DNA from: a virus
Taxonomy: Duplodnaviria > Heunggongvirae > Uroviricota > Caudoviricetes
Strand: one strand, 5' to 3'
Length of the DNA stretch: 64,000 bases
Virus record (IMG/VR): IMGVR_UViG_3300021979_000001
Span: 226,948-290,947 of that record
Part shown: piece after piece, positions 58,356-64,000 of the stretch
How positions within the stretch are numbered: the stretch's first letter is position 1
Layout: each line of letters opens with the position of its first letter
Position numbers and translations under genes: made by a program
Notes under the pieces: model-generated
Database searches by the model: none
Told to the model about the DNA's origin: nothing
What the model saw: the letters and a program-made list of their open reading frames with translations, nothing else

Positions 58356-58718
58356 CTATTTGAAAATCATTGGAGTCATCGTAACATTGACCCGTGGGAT
58401 TGCTTCCCAGCCATGATCCGAAATAAGTTTATTGGAATCGACGGGCTTGAACCCGGCTGACCGATCCAAAGACCAGGTAATATGATATATTTTGCCATCA
58501 TCCCGTAGCCTTGTCCCGTCAACGCTTACAATCAGTGCTTCAATACCGGCATCATCACATGCATACCCACTTACATATGTATTTGCCATTGGTGGCAAAA
58601 CTGAATTTGCACCAAACTGATATGTTACATGATGTGCAACCACGTCGGGGAACTTTGGTGGAAACATCGCAAGTAATTTCTGTTTTTCCAATTCTGGTAA
58701 CAAATATCCAGTATACAT
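58356..58718 (-). CDS. 2H phosphoesterase
   Basis: Two HxT motifs, HHVT and YHITWS. Confidence 0.7.
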   Translation of the reverse strand: MYTGYLLPELEKQKLLAMFPPKFPDVVAHHVTYQFGANSVLPPMANTYVSGYACDDAGIEALIVSVDGTRLRDDGKIYHITWSLDRSAGFKPVDSNKLISDHGWEAIPRVNVTMTPMIFK

Positions 58719-58729
58719 TTAGCCCATCC

Positions 58730-59203
58730 TCATGTTGTTGGTATTTTTCCATCCAATACATAAACCACCGGACGGAAATTGATTGCGGTTTCTTCAATAA
58801 TTCCCGAAATAATTTTCCATGATCCGTTTGCCAATCCGGCACCAATCAACGGAAACGCCACCCGATCATAACTTTCATATAATCGAGCATGTTCGTTAAT
58901 TTTATATAAACATTGCCGAATACCGGTGTAATTAGCATATACAACAGTTGGATCACGGCCATAATTTTTCTGTGTAACCGCATTAATAATCGTGGGTCCA
59001 CCCATCGGGTGAACCATAGTAATCGTTCCAACTTTTAATTCCCCAAGATCATACGCGGCTCGATAAACATCATATGCAATCGGCCACCTTTCACGAATCA
59101 ATTTCGCAATTCCACTTTTCATCACCCCGTGTGAATTACATCCGTGACAAATAACGTTTTCAGACGATGATAATAAATCGCCCTTGAAATATTGAATTTC
59201 CAT
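58730..59203 (-). CDS. Macrodomain ADP-ribose hydrolase (Poa1/DarG/T4 Tk.4-like)
   Basis: KGDLL, ICHGCNSHGVMKSGIAKLI and FPLIGAGLANGSW. Confidence 0.9.
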   Translation of the reverse strand: MEIQYFKGDLLSSSENVICHGCNSHGVMKSGIAKLIRERWPIAYDVYRAAYDLGELKVGTITMVHPMGGPTIINAVTQKNYGRDPTVVYANYTGIRQCLYKINEHARLYESYDRVAFPLIGAGLANGSWKIISGIIEETAINFRPVVYVLDGKIPTT

Positions 59204-59276
59204 AATATCCTATCGTTTGTAAATGTTTAAATATTATTGATATTGTGTTGTTGCTGCCATTAAGGGATACATTGAT

Positions 59277-59555
59277 CTAATGTAGGACCGCATACATTGC
59301 TCCTATTACCAGACCCGCCGAAATAAACAGAATTGCCACAATACCCCTCGCCACGTTCCGATACCGATTAATATCACCCATAATCTTGATCGGGATTAAT
59401 GATATAACCAGCATTGAAACAATAAACAGGATTGACACAATACCCACCATCATGTCCCGATACTGGTCAATATCATCCATAATCTTGATCGGGATTAATG
59501 ACAAAATCAGTATTGAAATAATGGATAGAATTGTCAGCAAATACACTACCATCAT
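59277..59555 (-). CDS. Small membrane protein with a 33-aa tandem duplication
   Basis: Three hydrophobic helices; SLIPIKIM occurs twice. Confidence 0.6.
   Translation of the reverse strand: MMVVYLLTILSIISILILSLIPIKIMDDIDQYRDMMVGIVSILFIVSMLVISLIPIKIMGDINRYRNVARGIVAILFISAGLVIGAMYAVLH
59378..59501. repeat. 99-bp-period tandem duplication (25-nt identical core CCATAATCTTGATCGGGATTAATGA)
   Basis: Copies at 59378-59402 and 59477-59501. Confidence 0.85.
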
Positions 59556-59653
59556 CCAATCCCCTAATCACCCTGAAACAACAACATCAATCAATGAAAC
59601 ACTAAAATCATATTAATAAAGTTTACAATAATTAGTTTCATTCATATCGTGGT

Positions 59654-59821
59654 TTAGATGTCATCTTTGTTATATTGTTGTAACCGATCCATCAGATTGG
59701 ATGCTTTGGTCATATATTCTTCCCAAAAGAATTCAACATATTTTTCGCCTTTTTCAAGCGCCACAAGTTCTTTTGCCAATTCTTCAATTGATATTGAAAT
59801 GATTAATTTATTGCAGACCAT
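59654..59821 (-). CDS. 55-aa hypothetical protein (MVCNKLIISISIEELAKEL...)
   Basis: Manual translation; below the ORF-track cutoff; AAGG upstream. Confidence 0.45.
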   Translation of the reverse strand: MVCNKLIISISIEELAKELVALEKGEKYVEFFWEEYMTKASNLMDRLQQYNKDDI

Positions 59822-59919
59822 AAAACCAATGCCTTAAAATTTTTGAATAACATACTAAAATTATATGAAAAAATCAATTTAAAAAAAGAAAACTTTTTTT
59901 GCAAAACAGAAAAAAACTA

Positions 59920-59950
59920 TTGCAATCAAATCAAGTATCGTGCATAAATA
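59920..59950 (+). promoter_or_regulatory. Promoter of the NAD operon (TTGCAA-N17-CATAAA with A-rich UP element; overlapping TAAATA)
   Basis: Sigma70-like -35/-10 spacing with A-tracts upstream. Confidence 0.5.
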
Positions 59951-59976
59951 AACGTGTTGGAGCAATCACGCACAAC

Positions 59977-60029
59977 ATGATACTCCCGGATGTCGAGGGT
60001 ATCATCTATTATCGATGGAGGTCATCGAT
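59977..60029 (+). promoter_or_regulatory. Tandem hairpins with GATGT/GAGGT loops over the nadM RBS and start
   Basis: ATGATACTCCCG-GATGT-CGAGGGTATCAT and ATCGATG-GAGGT-CATCGAT. Confidence 0.6.
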
Positions 60030-61086
60030 GTCAAACTACGACTACCTTGTTTTTATTGGGCGGTTCCGCCCGTTTACGTTGGCGCACCTCGAAGTTATCA
60101 GGGCCGCGCTCAAAGAAGCCGACAATCTGATCATGATTGTGGGTTCATCATTCTCACCCCGGACCACTCGGAACCCGTTTACTTTTAACGAAGTCAATGA
60201 TATGATTTCGTTGAGTTTAAACCCCGATGAACGGCGTCGGGTTCATATCACCCCCTTGGCCGATTTTATGTATGCCGATCATCTTTGGGTCGAACAAACC
60301 CAGAAAATTGTTGGCATGTATGCTGGGGAAAACAGCAAAGTTGGTCTGATCGGCCATCAAAAAGACTATTCGTCTTATTATCTGAAAATCTTCCCGATGT
60401 GGAGCAACGTCAACGTTGCAAACTATCGTGGGATTAATGCGACTGCCGCCCGTAACGGCTATTTCTCCAATATTTCTAAAGAATGGTTGCATGCTGCCGA
60501 AGACATGTTACCAACCGCTGTGATCGAATATCTCTCGAAATGGCGCGATGGTGAAGCATTTGCCGACATGATGGAAGAATACGATTTCATTCGGCAATAT
60601 CACATCGAATGGGGAAAAGGCCCGCATATGACTGCGGATGCCATTGCCATTCAGGCAAATCACATCTTGATGGTTAAACGCGGCAATCGGCCAGGAAAAG
60701 GGCTTTGGGCCTTCCCTGGTGGGTTTTTGGACATTGATAAATCTGAAACCCTTGCCGAAGCCGCCATTCGGGAATTGAAAGAAGAAACAAACATCAATAT
60801 TCCCAACGGCGCATTACATGGCTCTATGAAGTTGAGCCGGGTGTTTGACTCGCCAGACCGCGACCCACGTGGCCGGATTATCACGTCTGCCCATTTGATT
60901 GACCTTGACCACGAAGTTACCCGGTCATTGAATAAAACCGGCACTGCTGGTTTGACAGAAATTAAACCGGGCAGCGATGCCGCCCATGCCGAATGGGTTC
61001 CATTGTCGAGCCTTTCATCGGAAACCATGTTTGCTGATCATTGGCACATCCTGCGCGCCATGATGAATGCATACAAAGCAAATTAA
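60028..61086 (+). CDS. nadM: Bifunctional NMN adenylyltransferase / Nudix ADP-ribose pyrophosphatase
   Basis: FIGRFRPFTLAH, RNPFT, Nudix box GGFLD...AAIRELKEET, RDPRGR and FADH; GGAGG RBS. Confidence 0.93.
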   Translation: MSNYDYLVFIGRFRPFTLAHLEVIRAALKEADNLIMIVGSSFSPRTTRNPFTFNEVNDMISLSLNPDERRRVHITPLADFMYADHLWVEQTQKIVGMYAGENSKVGLIGHQKDYSSYYLKIFPMWSNVNVANYRGINATAARNGYFSNISKEWLHAAEDMLPTAVIEYLSKWRDGEAFADMMEEYDFIRQYHIEWGKGPHMTADAIAIQANHILMVKRGNRPGKGLWAFPGGFLDIDKSETLAEAAIRELKEETNINIPNGALHGSMKLSRVFDSPDRDPRGRIITSAHLIDLDHEVTRSLNKTGTAGLTEIKPGSDAAHAEWVPLSSLSSETMFADHWHILRAMMNAYKAN

Positions 61087-61089
61087 CCT

Positions 61090-61135
61090 GTGTGGACGGG
61101 AAGTCCGCCACACGTAACAAATGGAGAAGTTCCAT
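61090..61135 (+). promoter_or_regulatory. Tandem hairpins with GAAGT/GAAGT loops over the nadV RBS and start
   Basis: GTGTGGACGG-GAAGT-CCGCCACAC and ATGGA-GAAGT-TCCAT. Confidence 0.6.
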
Positions 61136-62516
61136 GTTTAACAATATTCTTCTGAATACCGATAGCTACAAATCCAGTCACGCCTATCAATACCCGCCAA
61201 ACACCACACACGTTTACAGCTATATCGAAAGCCGTGGTGGCAAGTGGGATCATGCCGTTGTGTTCGGCCTGCAAATGTTTCTCAAAGAATATCTGACCAA
61301 ACCTATCACCCAGGCGATGATTGACGAGGCCGAAAGTTTCTGGCAGGCACATGGTGAACCCTTTTATCGTGAAGGCTGGCAGCATATCCTCGATGCGCAT
61401 AATGGTTATTTGCCGGTTGAAATCAAGGCCGTGAATGAAGGGACGGTGTTGCCGACACACAATGTTATGTTGACTGTTGTCAATACCGACCCTAAATGCT
61501 TTTGGTTGACATCGTTCCTTGAAACGGCAATCCTGCGGGCGGTGTGGTATCCGACCACGGTGGCGACCAATTCATGGCATTGTAAACAGGTTATCAAGAC
61601 CTGGCTTGACAAAACATCAGATGCCCCGGAACAAGTTGCATTCAAATTGCACGATTTTGGCGCGCGCGGTGTTTCAAGCCTGGAAAGTGCCGCCATTGGT
61701 GGTGTCGCCCATCTGGTCAATTTCATGGGCACTGATACTGTTTCCGGTGTTTTGGCCGCACGGACATATTACAACGAAGACATGGCCGGTTTTTCTATCC
61801 CTGCCGCAGAACATTCAACCATGACTGCTTGGGGCCGGGAAAATGAGGCGACCGCGTATCGCAACATGATCCAGCAATTCGGGGGTGATGGAAAACTGGT
61901 CGCAGTTGTCTCTGACAGCTATGATCTTTTTAATGCTGTTGATAAAATCTGGGGCGAGGAACTGCGTCAGGAAGTTATCGATAGCGGGGCTACCATTGTT
62001 GTTCGCCCTGACTCCGGTGACCCAAAAACCATCCCGGTTGAATGTGTCATTCGTCTTGGTGAAAAATTTGGCTATAGCCTGAATGACAAAGGATACAAAG
62101 TCCTTCCATCGTGCGTTCGGGTTATTCAGGGAGATGGCATCAACTTCGATACCATTGGTATTATCCTGAAAAATCTGGCCGACGCCGGATGGGCGGCGGA
62201 TAACATCGCGTTTGGCATGGGCGGCGGTCTGTTGCAGCAAATTGATCGCGATACCCTGAAATTCGCAATGAAGTGTTCCGCCGCCAAAATCGACGGAAAA
62301 TGGGTTGATGTTTACAAAGACCCAATCACTGATCCCGGTAAACGTAGCAAACGTGGTCGCCTCGGGTTGGTTCTGCTGGACGGTATGTATCAAACTGTTT
62401 CCGAAGATGCCACCGGCCAGGATGATAATCTGTTGATCCCGGTTTATCGCAATGGAAAGCTACTGCGCGACTTGACTTTCGCTGAAATCCGCGAACGGGC
62501 AACCCAAGCCCTGTAA
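61134..62516 (+). CDS. nadV: Nicotinamide phosphoribosyltransferase
   Basis: NTDSYKSSH, LHDFGARG, SIPAAEHS, VSDSYD, RPDSGDP, IQGDG, FGMGGGLLQ and KDPITDPGKRSK. Confidence 0.96.
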   Translation: MFNNILLNTDSYKSSHAYQYPPNTTHVYSYIESRGGKWDHAVVFGLQMFLKEYLTKPITQAMIDEAESFWQAHGEPFYREGWQHILDAHNGYLPVEIKAVNEGTVLPTHNVMLTVVNTDPKCFWLTSFLETAILRAVWYPTTVATNSWHCKQVIKTWLDKTSDAPEQVAFKLHDFGARGVSSLESAAIGGVAHLVNFMGTDTVSGVLAARTYYNEDMAGFSIPAAEHSTMTAWGRENEATAYRNMIQQFGGDGKLVAVVSDSYDLFNAVDKIWGEELRQEVIDSGATIVVRPDSGDPKTIPVECVIRLGEKFGYSLNDKGYKVLPSCVRVIQGDGINFDTIGIILKNLADAGWAADNIAFGMGGGLLQQIDRDTLKFAMKCSAAKIDGKWVDVYKDPITDPGKRSKRGRLGLVLLDGMYQTVSEDATGQDDNLLIPVYRNGKLLRDLTFAEIRERATQAL

Positions 62517-62544
62517 CACTTCCCTACAATAAAAACGACAAAAT

Positions 62545-62581
62545 GAAAACCCCTCGAACCACATGCGTTCGGGGGGTTTTC
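62545..62581 (+). terminator. Intrinsic terminator after nadV
   Basis: GAAAACCCCTCGAAC-CACATGC-GTTCGGGGGGTTTTC. Confidence 0.8.
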
Positions 62582-62620
62582 CATGACATAAATAAACATG
62601 CATTATGGATATATTATGTT

Positions 62621-63022
62621 ATGGACCAACCAAATAGAATTAGACTTCGCGGTATACCTTCACAAAAATACAGTAAATTTGTTGCGGCATTGTCTGCCGT
62701 GACATCCGATCACCCATTAAACCCAAACGCCAAATTAGTTGGGCCAGAAAATGACCCTACTGGATGGGTGGTAATTAACCGATCATCATATCCCCAATCA
62801 GCAAATATATCTGAAATAGTTTCAATTAGCCCTGGTGGCGGAAACAAATGTTTGAAGATGATTATTGAGTTAGCAAATCGATATAATATTCGATTAACAT
62901 TGACACCAAAACCAATTAATCATGGCACATTAACCAAACCGCAACTCATACAATGGTATAAACGGAATGGTTTTATTATGCTGGATAATGGCACAATGAT
63001 GTATACACCGACAACTGATTAG
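62621..63022 (+). CDS. GNAT-like acetyltransferase
   Basis: PGGGNKCLKMIIELA...LTL...LIQWYKRNGF; late box CATAAATA at 62587-62594. Confidence 0.6.
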   Translation: MDQPNRIRLRGIPSQKYSKFVAALSAVTSDHPLNPNAKLVGPENDPTGWVVINRSSYPQSANISEIVSISPGGGNKCLKMIIELANRYNIRLTLTPKPINHGTLTKPQLIQWYKRNGFIMLDNGTMMYTPTTD

Positions 63023-63564
63023 CCGACGAACGGCCAATCCGCTTTATTGTTGTTAACTTCGGTGATGCGAGTTTTCCAATCTTCTTTATTCAGGGTAATC
63101 GTGTCATCATGAAGAAAACCGTATACCAAATCGGTTTCAGTAAACGGTAACCGAACGATATTACACAAATGCGTGTTAAACGATTTCTCGTTTTTGGTTG
63201 TAATGTAAGCATTACCGTTTGGCAATACACCACTTAGTTTACCAATCTGTAATATGTTTGGCCCAGTATCATTAATCCAACTTTTATATTGATCCGTGCC
63301 ACGAAATATAACGGCATCACCAATTTTTGTTTCGCGCCAGGTTGCATCAGGATAACCAGATAATGGCATTTGTTCCAATGACAAAACCGAAAACGATTTT
63401 ATTCTGGGTTGATCATACCACAAAAAGGTCAGTTTATGCTCGTTGAAATTAACCTCGATAATTTCACTGGGATCGATCAAGATATTGTTTGGTTTTGCAA
63501 TTACAGCCAAACCGGGTTTTTTGCCGTAATAATGTCCAAACAAAAATTGTTCTAACGGTTTCAT
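63019..63564 (-). CDS. Hypothetical protein
   Basis: 181-aa ORF. Confidence 0.6.
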   Translation of the reverse strand: MKPLEQFLFGHYYGKKPGLAVIAKPNNILIDPSEIIEVNFNEHKLTFLWYDQPRIKSFSVLSLEQMPLSGYPDATWRETKIGDAVIFRGTDQYKSWINDTGPNILQIGKLSGVLPNGNAYITTKNEKSFNTHLCNIVRLPFTETDLVYGFLHDDTITLNKEDWKTRITEVNNNKADWPFVG

Positions 63565-63627
63565 CTAACCATATATCCCTATCATAGTTCCCGATTCAAA
63601 ATTTACATAGTTGTGAATAACCGATTG

Positions 63628-64000
63628 TCAGGTGACTGTAGCCGATTCAAAATTTATCATTACCCGATTTAAACAAAATTTACGCAGTTGTGAATAAACG
63701 GTTGTCAGGTGAATGTAGTATGTAGTTGGCAATGTGTCGTCAACCATTTTATATAACATGCGATATGGCACTGTTTTTTCTTCATCTGAAATATTAATGT
63801 CAAATACAAGCATAGACCGGGCGGGATCAAATAAGCCGAGGTTGGCTAAACTTGAAGAAATTTCTAAACAAATCGGAAATTTCTTTTCAGAAATACACCG
63901 ATCATTGAGAAAATTAGATACGCTTTTATCAATCGGAATTCCAGTAAAAGAAAATTCCCATTCATTAAAATAAGTTAACACATATTTTCGGCTATTGGGA
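63628..64000 (-). CDS. Hypothetical protein, 3' part (frame open to the window edge)
   Basis: No in-frame stop upstream of the track's GTG start at 63981. Confidence 0.5.
   Translation of the reverse strand, partial: PNSRKYVLTYFNEWEFSFTGIPIDKSVSNFLNDRCISEKKFPICLEISSSLANLGLFDPARSMLVFDINISDEEKTVPYRMLYKMVDDTLPTTYYIHLTTVYSQLRKFCLNRVMINFESATVT

Noticed and set aside
59899-61133. N-terminal extensions of nadM (from 59899) and nadV (from 61041) given by the track
   Set aside because: SD sequences and family motifs place the starts at 60028 and 61134; the shared 'WRSSM' in the extensions simply reflects the RBS hairpin.
61815-62393. 192-aa antisense ORF inside nadV (also 41423..42013 and 29145..29744)
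   Set aside because: These lie antisense to strongly conserved genes, lack RBSs and motifs, and are expected from codon bias.
1-64000. Stop-codon reassignment, as seen in some large phages
   Set aside because: Standard-code ORFs tile the window densely, including a 10-kb gene, and conserved proteins are not interrupted by TAG or TGA.
1-64000. CRISPR arrays, tRNAs, introns or inteins
   Set aside because: I saw no regularly spaced repeats, cloverleaf/T-loop signatures, split conserved genes or intein motifs; a tRNAscan/Infernal run would be needed to exclude them formally.

Overview
This is a 64-kb segment of a large T4-superfamily (jumbo-type) myophage genome, read in the standard genetic code. 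It starts inside the portal gene and holds the tape measure, tail chaperones, RNase H, a Holliday-junction resolvase, gp46/gp47, a gp55-like late sigma factor and a full baseplate module (gp53, hub, gp5 spike with a lytic transglycosylase, gp25, gp6, a 3389-aa wedge protein, fibres). A TAAATA late-promoter motif recurs about 25-55 nt upstream of many genes. The best candidate for an undescribed system is an ~11.4-kb, largely translationally coupled operon that directly continues the tail-fibre genes. It encodes three glycosyltransferase-like proteins, three N-terminal-twitch radical SAM paralogues, an SGNH acyltransferase/esterase, an unannotated 33-aa 'PFIY' peptide and a NodU/TobZ-type carbamoyltransferase; I infer a virion-glycan synthesis and tailoring pathway. 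Other notable signals are a probable -1 frameshift in the tail chaperones, five beta-propeller paralogues sharing an N-terminal anchor inserted between gp47 and gp46, and triplet FD repeats in the giant wedge protein. There is also a decayed alphaproteobacterial-like cysS fragment with a leader ORF, and an NAD/ADP-ribose counter-defence cluster (2H phosphoesterase, macrodomain, NadM-Nudix, NadV). Both NAD genes are preceded by tandem hairpins with GANGU pentaloops that occlude the ribosome-binding site. All functional calls come from motif recognition by eye; no searches were run.
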